Assembly: GCA_964568735.1 (NCBI GenBank)
Contig: CAZMRF010000007.1
Coordinates: 15,517 to 79,516 of the forward strand
Direction: 5' to 3'
Length of the DNA: 64,000 nt
Source: an uncultured Acidobacteriota bacterium
GTDB lineage: Bacteria; Acidobacteriota; Polarisedimenticolia; JACPZX01
Every line of letters starts with the position of its first letter. The stretch's first letter is position 1. A model generated the notes under the pieces. That model saw only the letters and a list, made by a program, of their open reading frames with translations. It made no database searches and was not told the origin of the DNA. Of the stretch, positions 11,701 through 18,952 are shown in pieces. The position numbers were made by a program, and so were the translations under genes.

Positions 11701-12935
11701 ACAACTCTGGCCCTCCCCTTGCCGAGGCGCTCCCGGACCGTCCGCTCGATGAGCGCGGCCATCACCCGGCCCTCCTTGATCGAATCCTCGTCAGGGCCGT
11801 AGAAGGGTGCGATGGCCACGACGAGGTGCGACCCCCGGCCCTCCGTGCGAGGGATCGGGGGCGGAGGATTCAGCTTTTGCCACAGGCCCCAGCCCGCGAA
11901 GGCCGCAGCAGCGAGCAGGAACACCGCCGTCACGGGCGCGCTCCAGGAGCGTGACCTCGCGGGCGGGGGTAGAGGGCGGTTGGGCTCCGCGGCCACAACG
12001 GGAAGAACAGCCTCGCCGCTCACGAGCCCATCGACCACGCGGATGAGCGCCGCGTGGCTTGCAGACCGCGCCTCAGGATCCTTACGAGTCATCCAGACCA
12101 GGAGTCGCTGCACGCCTTCCGAAACCTCCGGCCGCCGTTCGCGCACATCCGGGAGAGCCTCGCGGACGTGCTTCTCGACGACTTCGAAGGGTGTCGCGCC
12201 GGTGAAAGGCGGCACTCCCGCGAGCATCTCGTAGAGGACGATGCCCAGCGAGTAGATGTCGCTCCTGAAGTCCACTTCGCGCCCGCGGGCCTGCTCAGGT
12301 GAGACGTAGTGAGGAGTGCCGAGGAGCGACCCGCTGTGAGTCAGCGCGGGATCACCCTCCGTCAGGATCGGCTTCGCCAGGCCGAAGTCCGCGACATGCA
12401 CGTCGCCGCGCGCGTCGAGGAGAATATTGGAGGGCTTGATGTCGCGATGGACGATGCCGCGCTCCCAGGCGGCCTCCAGCCCCTCGAGGACCTGTCTCAG
12501 GAGCCGCAGCGCCTCGCCCTCGGTGAGGCTGCCCGCGCGCTTGAGGCGCTGTGAGAGCGTCTCTCCCTCGACGTATTCCATGACGAGGGAGGGCTTTCCT
12601 TCGAATTCCCCGAAGGCGTAGACCCGTACGACGCGGGGATGCTCGACGGTCGCCATCGCCCGCGCCTCGCGCACGAACCGGGCGATGCCCTCTCCCTGCC
12701 CCCGGAAGACCTCCGAGATCGTCTTGATGGCGACCTTCCGGCCGAGGGTTTCGTCGAGGGCGAGGTGGACGGCCCCCATGCCTCCCACGCCGAGCTTGCT
12801 GATCGTCCGGTAGCCGGAGATGGGGGGAAGGGGTGGGGTTGGCTGGGCGAGGAACAGGGTATTGCCGCACTCGGGGCATTCGGCCCCCGCTGCCGGGAGC
12901 GGCCGCCCGCAGGTGGCGCAGGAGACTGGGTCCAC
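8769..12935 (-). CDS. Giant multidomain Ser/Thr kinase (zinc-ribbon, kinase, TM, TPR and polytopic C-terminal region)
   Basis: 1388 aa. N-terminal CxxC..CxxC (SCATCGRPLPAAGAECPECG). Kinase motifs GVGGMGAVHLA, VAIK, HRDIKPSNILL, DFGLAK, GTPHYVSPE. A TM segment (VTAVFLLAAAAFAGWGLW), then TPR-like helical repeats (..LDRTEEALAAIREAIDLDPGDAQAHALLGDYYVKADRLQDAASAY..), and several hydrophobic helices in the last ~450 aa. Confidence 0.9.
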   Translation of the reverse strand: MDPVSCATCGRPLPAAGAECPECGNTLFLAQPTPPLPPISGYRTISKLGVGGMGAVHLALDETLGRKVAIKTISEVFRGQGEGIARFVREARAMATVEHPRVVRVYAFGEFEGKPSLVMEYVEGETLSQRLKRAGSLTEGEALRLLRQVLEGLEAAWERGIVHRDIKPSNILLDARGDVHVADFGLAKPILTEGDPALTHSGSLLGTPHYVSPEQARGREVDFRSDIYSLGIVLYEMLAGVPPFTGATPFEVVEKHVREALPDVRERRPEVSEGVQRLLVWMTRKDPEARSASHAALIRVVDGLVSGEAVLPVVAAEPNRPLPPPARSRSWSAPVTAVFLLAAAAFAGWGLWQKLNPPPPIPRTEGRGSHLVVAIAPFYGPDEDSIKEGRVMAALIERTVRERLGKGRARVVGMEETGEPVRDHDAARALGERLGATAVLWGEAFALRSETEIRPYVTLVSRAEPETGEGEPREAPAILAGGDPFSMAEEMAPDPMVVEAAASNQIALRTTSASGVGDVVMLLAGAHALRNEQDPGKALKLFEQTPRTVDSLRLRAEALDRLDRTEEALAAIREAIDLDPGDAQAHALLGDYYVKADRLQDAASAYRVATASGGSPTITRAGALYDGKLYVPESYWTRPRTIGNLVHTGYLLAIDPDTGHVLDRHRLPGLATSFAVDDATLTISYEIDGESEEGKIVLSRGRLAKEALPWSSLLLRLHSMNRGGLISANFLEGLEMSFVDPLPLARFTFSPDRNYDDAPKTLHQLEIALRAASERDPTEPWHLFYLGQAQWWQGRQREAESSWGALLRGAFPAIPYYEYARMAAHFERFQQREWADRAFEETLRRRQLLPQPIESTWLIERLINFPAMRQAARAEYLEEDLERQYVWLDRARRLTGTCPEDFLAAWIWERYFRERNDVSRAENEARVFEEGLRHPLNYAVAEARAQGALLVSMAASLALGALLVSVQMRAVNRSAQGGDSNLDPEVRHGSLRSGVRWLRSLPPWAGRAIVAALAALFIWGVVVATINARFAVSVRSRELDLQNYAILGAAALLVLLNVPSWRHRLPRVAPSIEPRHRRAVVIGMAVALAAHGVHAVLQARWVAWMNQPLMTADSLGNDSTVRKLEERLEVMDSTETRYAAAVVNHLAGNVRRARELYRSIPGAPRAVANLAALEKGNLVPPEPLRAEDLWKAFASRSWKDWVASLWSSIAQPSNPMKWLGGDFMVSVEDILFLSLQTLSRVFLLLGLVTCIALLVIPSGDRGPAQEAARRSSRLAGALFYVVPGSYDVSRGSALRGLLTCALCLLPILAALWGPALVIGSLDRLYAGSPTFPLPNEITSSEAPGAGGLAAWTAHQVMPHMRVFAAILALSAVAALGLHLSRLRTIARS

Positions 12936-13115
12936 CAGGTAACCCCCCCTGAGAGTGTCGCCGCAGGCTACGAATCGGCGGGATTTCTGTCAAAAAGGAC
13001 TGAAACTGAGCCTCCCTTCGGGCGGGGGGACACCGTATATTCCGAGTTCCGGGACATCCATCGGGCCTGGTCGCCTGAACCCGCGGGCAGGATACCCCCA
13101 GGAGGAGAGGCCGAC

Positions 13116-14648
13116 ATGATCGTCAGACGCGAGAGGGACAGAATCGTTCGAACCCTGGCTGGGCTGGCCTTGATCCTGGCCGTGTCGGCCGCGCCGGGCG
13201 CCGGGGGCCTTCTCGCCGCCACGATGGGTGGCTCGGGCCTCGAATCGGCCGAGGCCGGCGGTCCCGGCGGGGACGCGGCGCGCCGGCCGCCTCCCGGCGT
13301 GCACATGATCCGCCACTGGAACAAGGTCGCCATCGACATGAGCGGGCTCGACCACACACCCGTGCCGCCCGCCGATCCGGTGAAGCGCGGAGAGCAGCTC
13401 GGGCCGGGGCGGGCGAGCCGGGCGATGGCGATCGTCCACATCGCCGTCTTCGACGCGGTCAATGCAATCGTCGGCGGATACCGCGGCTACACGGATATTC
13501 CTCGGGCGCGACGCAACACCAGCATGGAGGCGGCTGTTGCCCAGGCGGCGCACGACACGCTCGTCGCCCTCTTCCCCGCACAGAAGGCGGCCTGTGACGC
13601 CCAGCTCACCGACGATCTCGGGCAGATCCGCAGAGGGATCAGGAAGACGAACGGGATTGATCTCGGCCGCCGCGCGGCCGCCGCGATCCTAGCAAGAAGG
13701 GCCGGCGACGGCTCGGACCATCCCGAGCCCCAATTCGACGTGGACTACTTCCCCGGGCAGGATCCCGGGGTCTGGCGCATGGATCCGATCAGCCAGCTCC
13801 CTGTCGCCCTCGGAGCCCGGTGGCACGAGGTCACTCCCTTCGTTCTGCCCTCGGCGGATCATTTCCGGGTGCCCCCTCCTCCCGATCTCAACAGCCCGGA
13901 GTACACCGCTGCCTACAACGAAGCGAAGGCCCTGGGCGGCGATGGCGTCGTGACGCCGACCTCGCGCACCGCGGAGCAGAGCTTCATCGGGATCTACTGG
14001 GCCTACGACGGTACGCCGAGCCTCTGCGCGCCGCCGCGCCTCTACAACCAGATCGCGATGCAGATCGCCGATGAGATGAGGACGGACGCCGTCGAGACGG
14101 CGCGTTTTCTGGCGCTGATCAACGTGGCGATGGCCGACGCGGGCATCGCGATATGGGAGTCGAAGTACTTCTACGAGTTCTGGAGGCCGGTCGGCGGAAT
14201 CCGCGAGTCCGATCCGGGGACGGGTCCGACCGGAGCAGGAGACGGCAATCCGAACACGTCGGGCGATCCCGCATGGAAGCCCCTGGGTGCTCCGGCAAGC
14301 AACAGCCTGGTCGCGGTCGACTTCACGCCACCCTTCCCCGCCTACCCCTCCGGCCACGCCGGCTTCGGGGGGGCGCTCTTCCAGACGATCCGGAACTTCT
14401 TCGGTACCGACGACATCCCCTTCACCTTCGTTTCGGACGAGTTCAATGGCGTGACCCTCGACAACGACGGAAGCGTCCGGCCGCTCATGCCGCGATCCTT
14501 CGACAGCCTCTCCCAGGCCGAGGAGGAAAACGGCCAGAGCCGCATCTACCTCGGCATCCACTGGAGGTTCGACAAGACCGAAGGGATCGCGCAGGGCCGC
14601 GAAGTGGCGGACTACGTATTCGACAACGCCTTCCAGCCGGAGCCCTGA
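13116..14648 (+). CDS. PAP2-superfamily enzyme, vanadium-dependent haloperoxidase-like
   Basis: Start placed at ATG 13116, preceded by GGAGGAGAGG (13101-13110). Signal-like N-terminus MIVRRERDRIVRTLAGLALILAVSAAPGAGG. Tripartite PAP2/V-HPO motif: KYFYEFWRP (Kx6RP), YPSGHAG (PSGH), SRIYLGIHWRFD (SRx5Hx3D). The track ORF start at 12639 overlaps the divergent kinase gene. Confidence 0.8.
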   Translation: MIVRRERDRIVRTLAGLALILAVSAAPGAGGLLAATMGGSGLESAEAGGPGGDAARRPPPGVHMIRHWNKVAIDMSGLDHTPVPPADPVKRGEQLGPGRASRAMAIVHIAVFDAVNAIVGGYRGYTDIPRARRNTSMEAAVAQAAHDTLVALFPAQKAACDAQLTDDLGQIRRGIRKTNGIDLGRRAAAAILARRAGDGSDHPEPQFDVDYFPGQDPGVWRMDPISQLPVALGARWHEVTPFVLPSADHFRVPPPPDLNSPEYTAAYNEAKALGGDGVVTPTSRTAEQSFIGIYWAYDGTPSLCAPPRLYNQIAMQIADEMRTDAVETARFLALINVAMADAGIAIWESKYFYEFWRPVGGIRESDPGTGPTGAGDGNPNTSGDPAWKPLGAPASNSLVAVDFTPPFPAYPSGHAGFGGALFQTIRNFFGTDDIPFTFVSDEFNGVTLDNDGSVRPLMPRSFDSLSQAEEENGQSRIYLGIHWRFDKTEGIAQGREVADYVFDNAFQPEP

Positions 14649-14697
14649 TCCAGCGCGGGCCTAGTCCGCTTCGACGCGAAGGGTGCCCGAAAAGGAC

Positions 14698-14717
14698 AAG
14701 AGCCTGACGTGGCTCTT
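14698..14717. terminator. Hairpin between convergent haloperoxidase-like and vapC genes
   Basis: aagagcc-tgacgt-ggctctt (7-bp stem, 6-nt loop). No clear U-tract. Confidence 0.3.
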
Positions 14718-14784
14718 CCGTCACTGGAGGCGAGCTCCGGGAGGCCTGCCGGCTCGCGAAGGCGTCGAGCGAAGGGGGGCCCTC

Positions 14785-15180
14785 TCAGGCCAGGCGTGTG
14801 ATGCCTGGGTACCCGTCGAAGCCGCGGTCGAAAGAGAGGATGGTGTCGACCCCGTGCGCCTGCATGATCGCCAGGTGCAGGGCGTCACGGGCGGAGATCG
14901 CCGGCGATCCGAGAACGATGTCCCGGGTCCGCATCAGGTCCGCTTCGGTGATGGGGAAGGTCTCGTCCACGACAGCGAGCAGTGCGTTGAAGGCAGGCTG
15001 GATCGCGTCACGCCGTTTGATCGAGACGTATCGGTGGAGGATCTCCTGGAAGATCTCGGCATCCGTGACAAGCCGCTGGTCGCTGGCAATGCACCTCTCG
15101 AGGAGGCGCTGGGCGTCGGTCTTGTGAGGGTGGGACGCACCAATCAGGTACATCGGGATGTTGGAGTCGACCAGGATCAA
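14785..15180 (-). CDS. vapC: PIN-domain ribonuclease toxin VapC
   Basis: 131 aa starting [12 protein letters not shown]. Conserved acidic residues are in PIN positions (D5, E in TDAEIFQE, D in ISARDALH, D in SFDRGF). TTG start overlaps the upstream stop (TTGA). Confidence 0.85.
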   Translation of the reverse strand: MILVDSNIPMYLIGASHPHKTDAQRLLERCIASDQRLVTDAEIFQEILHRYVSIKRRDAIQPAFNALLAVVDETFPITEADLMRTRDIVLGSPAISARDALHLAIMQAHGVDTILSFDRGFDGYPGITRLA

Positions 15181-15428
15181 GGCCCCGCCACCTTATAGCC
15201 CCGGGCGATCTCCTCCAGCATCTCGTCGATGTCAGCCGTGGGGAACTCGTGGCCGGCGGCCGCGCGCACGGCGGCCAAGCGTTTCTCCCGGCTCGTGAGG
15301 GGCACCTCGCGGTAGGCCCCCTGCAATGCCCGGCGCACCCAGGCGGCCAGCGTCATTCCCTGCCGCCTGGCGGCCTTCGAGACGCGCCTGTACTCGGCGT
15401 CCTCCAGGAGCACCTGCATTCGCTTCAT
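15177..15428 (-). CDS. vapB: VapB-type antitoxin (RHH/CopG-like)
   Basis: 83 aa, [35 protein letters not shown].. (ribbon-helix-helix pattern). 4-nt overlap with vapC. A palindrome cluster sits just upstream. Confidence 0.75.
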   Translation of the reverse strand: MKRMQVLLEDAEYRRVSKAARRQGMTLAAWVRRALQGAYREVPLTSREKRLAAVRAAAGHEFPTADIDEMLEEIARGYKVAGP

Positions 15429-15430
15429 GT

Positions 15431-15462
15431 CATGAGTATGAATGACTCATGGGTATGAGTCA
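15431..15462. promoter_or_regulatory. Palindrome cluster (candidate VapB operator) abutting the vapB start
   Basis: catgagt (15431-15437) pairs with actcatg (15445-15451), and tgactca (15443-15449) pairs with tgagtca (15456-15462). These are overlapping inverted repeats in an AT-richer patch. Confidence 0.4.
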
Positions 15463-15527
15463 AGTCGCGGATCCGTGCTCCTCCAAGCGAGCACGCTTGA
15501 ATCCTCGCGCGGGCAGCTTCGCCGGCA

Positions 15528-16130
15528 CTATCGCGGGGTCCTGAACTTGAGGCCGAGGCCGATCAGGGTCCCGTCGGGCTCGACCTGGTCGTCCTCATTC
15601 TCTTCGTCGGTGAAGATGCGGCGCAGCTCCAAGTTCAGCGCGAGCCGCTCGCTCCCGTTCCTCTTGATGATGATGTCGAGCCCGCCTCCCGCGTGGACCC
15701 CGAACTCGTACTCGGTATCGTCGATGATCGTGTTCCCACAACAGTCGGTGATCTCGAAGCGCGACTCGTAGAGTCCGAGGCCGGCCAGAAGGTAGGGTTG
15801 GACGGAGACCTTCCGCTTCATCGGGTAGGCCTCGATGCTGACTGTCAGAGCGTACGTCTCCCGGCTATCGAGATCGAAGTCGGCCGAGTGGTAATCGAGC
15901 GCGCCGTTGAGCGCCACGTACCTGAGGATTCTCCCGCCGACGAATGCGCCGAGGTTCAGATCCCCTTCGTCCACATCCTCGACCTCCAGCCAGGAGAGCC
16001 GCCCGCCGAAGTAGATCTCGCGCCAATCTCCCGAGGCATGCTCCGCGCCTTCGGCGGACTGAGCCAGGGAGGTGGGCGCGATCAGGGTCGCCACGATCAG
16101 CATCACGATGAAGCCGGCACGCTGGATCAT
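15528..16130 (-). CDS. Small outer-membrane beta-barrel protein (OmpW/OMP_b-brl-like)
   Basis: Signal peptide MIQRAGFIVMLIVATLIAPTSLAQSA. Alternating amphipathic strands with a C-terminal ..LIGLGLKFRTPR. RBS GGAGAGGGTGGG lies directly upstream of the ATG. Confidence 0.75.
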   Translation of the reverse strand: MIQRAGFIVMLIVATLIAPTSLAQSAEGAEHASGDWREIYFGGRLSWLEVEDVDEGDLNLGAFVGGRILRYVALNGALDYHSADFDLDSRETYALTVSIEAYPMKRKVSVQPYLLAGLGLYESRFEITDCCGNTIIDDTEYEFGVHAGGGLDIIIKRNGSERLALNLELRRIFTDEENEDDQVEPDGTLIGLGLKFRTPR

Positions 16131-16446
16131 CCCACCCTCTCCTGTTCATCCGGCGTTTCGACGGCTCTCCGAGGATCGGGGCCGGCTTCCGGAGCAAGCC
16201 GGCCCTGAGTTGCTCTCATGGCCAGATCCCGCCGTCGTGACGGTCATTGAGTCGCGCGGAACGGGCACCTGCGGAGTCTACCCTTCCCAACGAGCCGATT
16301 GGGAAGGATTGCCGCCTCCGACCGCTGTAAGTGAGGGGCACCCCGCGAAGAGCCGCCGGAGCTCTTCTCCTCCGCAAAGCCCTCCGGGGTGCTAGTCTGC
16401 GCCGCCAGGTTGGACTTCGAGGACTCGATCGAAGGGGGAGCCCGCC

Positions 16447-17925
16447 ATGCGGAGCGTCTCGAAGCAGTTTCTGATCGGCCTCGTCATCTGGCTGGCGGCG
16501 GCATCGTGCAGCCGTCCCTCCAGCCAACCGGCCGTCCTCAATGACGTTCATTCGCGCCTCAATCCGACCGAGGTCGCGGAGTATCACGAGCCCGCCACCA
16601 GGCAGGAGATCGTCGCCCTCGTCAGGGAAGCCGCCCGAACGGGCCGCGCGATCAGCATCTCGGGCGGCAAGCACGCGATGGGCGGCCAGCAGTTCGGCGA
16701 AGGCACGATTCACGTGAACCTCTCGAAGTACCACCAGGTCGTAGGCTTCGATCCGGAGCGCGGCCTGGTGACGGTAGAGTCCGGGATCCAGTGGCCCGAG
16801 CTGATCGACTGGCTCGCAGGCCATCAGGAGGGGAAGGAGCCCTCCTGGGGGATCCGGCAGAAGCAGACCGGCGCCGACCGGCTCAGCATCGGCGGAGCCC
16901 TCTCGGCCAACGCCCACGGCCGCGGATTGAAGCTCAAGCCCATCGTCGGCGACGTCGAGGCCTTCGAGCTGGTCGACGCGAAGGGGGAGTTCCGGCGGTG
17001 CAGCCGCGAGGAGAACCCCGAGCTGTTCCGGCTCGCGATTGGCGGTTACGGCCTCTTCGGCATCATCACGGAGGTCACTCTGCGCCTCTCGCCGCGGACG
17101 AAGGTGGAGCGCAAGGTCGAGATCGTCCATCTCGCCGATGTGCCGGCGCTCGTGGATCAGCGGATCCGCGACGGATTCGAGTATGGCGACTACCAGTTCA
17201 AGACCGACGAGCGCTCCGAGGACTTCCTGCAGGTAGGAGTCTTCTCCTTCTATCGTCCCGTGCCGGCCTCCACCCCAATCGCCCCCGAGCAGCGGCAGCT
17301 CTCGACCGAGAGATGGAACGAGCTGTACAAGCTCGCACACCTGGACAAGTCGAAGGCCTTCCAGATCTACTCGGACTACTACCTCTCGACGAACGGGCAG
17401 ATCTACTGGAGCGACACGCACCAGCTCTCGACCTACGTGCAGGGGCTGGATCAGCTCATCGACGAGGCGGAGGGGGCGCGCGCGCCGGGCAGCCTGATGA
17501 TCACCGAGCTGTACGTCCCCAGGAGCCGGCTGCCCGAGTTCATCCTCGAGGCGGGCGAGGTGATTCGATCGACGAAAGCCAACCTCGTCTACGGCACGGT
17601 GCGGTACATCGAGAAGGACGACGAGACATTCCTCGCCTGGGCCAGAGAGTCCTTCGCCTGCACTGTCATTAATCTCAGAGTGACGCACGACGACGCCGGG
17701 ATCGAGGAGGCCCAGAAGCAGTTCCAGGCCCTCATCGACGTCGCGCTGTCCATGGACGGCAGCTACTTCCTCACCTACCACCGCTGGGCCAGGAAGGATC
17801 AGATACTGAAAGCCTACCCTCAATTCCCGGAGTTCCTGAGACTCAAACTCCGGTACGATCCCGACGAGCGATTCCAGAGCGAGTGGTATCGCCATTACAA
17901 GCGGATGTTCACCCCCGGAACGTGA
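16447..17925 (+). CDS. FAD-binding (PCMH-type, FAD_binding_4) oxidoreductase, lipoprotein
   Basis: Lipobox LAAASC. ..ISISGGKHAMGGQQF.., ..LSIGGALSANAHGRG.., ..GGYGLFGIITEVTLRL.. are typical of the vanillyl-alcohol-oxidase/DprE1-type FAD domain. RBS GGGGGAG is 7 nt before the ATG. Confidence 0.85.
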   Translation: MRSVSKQFLIGLVIWLAAASCSRPSSQPAVLNDVHSRLNPTEVAEYHEPATRQEIVALVREAARTGRAISISGGKHAMGGQQFGEGTIHVNLSKYHQVVGFDPERGLVTVESGIQWPELIDWLAGHQEGKEPSWGIRQKQTGADRLSIGGALSANAHGRGLKLKPIVGDVEAFELVDAKGEFRRCSREENPELFRLAIGGYGLFGIITEVTLRLSPRTKVERKVEIVHLADVPALVDQRIRDGFEYGDYQFKTDERSEDFLQVGVFSFYRPVPASTPIAPEQRQLSTERWNELYKLAHLDKSKAFQIYSDYYLSTNGQIYWSDTHQLSTYVQGLDQLIDEAEGARAPGSLMITELYVPRSRLPEFILEAGEVIRSTKANLVYGTVRYIEKDDETFLAWARESFACTVINLRVTHDDAGIEEAQKQFQALIDVALSMDGSYFLTYHRWARKDQILKAYPQFPEFLRLKLRYDPDERFQSEWYRHYKRMFTPGT

Positions 17926-18111
17926 GGCGGACGGGCCCCGCTTGCAGCGCCATGAGGTCATCGTCGTCGGAGCGGGGGCAGCAGGCCCGAGTACCAGTCT
18001 TCCCAGGGCGGCAGGCAGCGCGGTCGGTAGAGGCCGACGTACACCTGCCCCAGCACGCGGCTCACGAAGAGGAGCAGGCAGATCCACAATGCCAGGCTGT
18101 AGAGTCACGCG

Positions 18112-18768
18112 ATGGAGCTCATTTCATGGGGCGGGCCATTGACCATCACCGAACCGGCCACTCTGCTCACAGACTACCTGATGGCAGCTCTGGCTGTCTG
18201 GTTCGCCCTGGTCCTGGGACGGGGCATCTCGACGGCGTCCCACGTCCGCTGGTGGAGCCTCAGCTTCGTCTTCCTTGCGACCAGCGCCCTGACCGGTGGG
18301 AGCTACCACGGCTTCCGCGATGAGCTTTCATCGGAGGTAGCCGAGGGGCTCTGGCGGGTAACAGTCGCGACAGGGTCGCTGTGCAGCTTCGCCCTGATGA
18401 GGGCGGTGGCGCTCCAGTGGCTCGGCGACGGACGGCAGGGGCTGTGGAAGGGAGCGGCGGCGCTGAAGCTATCGATCGCGCTCGTGGCGGGACTCCTGCG
18501 CCCGGTCTTCGCCGTCGTCATCGCCGACCTCGGCCTCACGATGCTCTTCGCCATCGGAGCTGGCGTGATCGGCCGGGAACGCAATACCCGCGCATTCCGA
18601 TTCCTTACGGCAGGCGTCGGGCTCTTCGTGGCCGGGGCGGTGATCCAGCAGGCCCGCCTGAGCCCGCATCCCGTCTTCAACCACAACGACCTCTTCCACG
18701 TCGTGCAGATCCTCGGGAACGCCAGCTTCTTCGTGTCGGCCCGCATTGCCCCGCCGCGGCAACGATGA
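18112..18768 (+). CDS. Integral membrane protein, ~7 predicted helices, unknown function
   Basis: 218 aa, hydrophobic throughout (..LLTDYLMAALAVWFALVLG.., ..WWSLSFVFLATSALTGGSYHGF.., ..LFHVVQILGNASFFVSA..). No motif I recognise. Confidence 0.65.
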   Translation: MELISWGGPLTITEPATLLTDYLMAALAVWFALVLGRGISTASHVRWWSLSFVFLATSALTGGSYHGFRDELSSEVAEGLWRVTVATGSLCSFALMRAVALQWLGDGRQGLWKGAAALKLSIALVAGLLRPVFAVVIADLGLTMLFAIGAGVIGRERNTRAFRFLTAGVGLFVAGAVIQQARLSPHPVFNHNDLFHVVQILGNASFFVSARIAPPRQR

Positions 18769-18952
18769 CCTCCCAGCGGAGAGTGGGAATGGGGGTCCCG
18801 AGCCAGGCTCCAGTCGAACGCGCGGTGTCGGCGTTGTGGGATGGTCCGGACGCCGGTCGTCCCGTAGCACGGGCCTCGGTCGCCTCCGGCCGGAGTCGCA
18901 GTAGAGGGCCGTGCACCGGGCGCGATGCCGACCTGGAATCGCGCAACCTCGT

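Noticed and set aside
16282-16307. Perfect 9-bp hairpin ccttcccaa-N8-ttgggaagg, plus a second hairpin gaagagc-N7-gctcttc about 45 nt downstream, upstream of the FAD oxidoreductase gene
   Set aside because: There is no U-tract and no recognisable riboswitch or attenuator logic. I cannot tell whether it is regulatory, so it is not called as a feature.
16216-18108. 630-aa minus-strand ORF
   Set aside because: It is antisense to the FAD-binding oxidoreductase, which has clear PCMH-type motifs, a lipobox and an RBS. The antisense product has no recognisable features.
17942-18142. 66-aa plus-strand ORF beginning MQRHEVIVVGAGAAG (looks like a Rossmann GxGxxG start)
   Set aside because: The resemblance lasts about 15 residues, then the sequence degenerates into Arg/Gly-rich text with poor GC3. 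It overlaps the start of the 18112 membrane gene and is probably a chance G/A-rich translation of GC-rich DNA.
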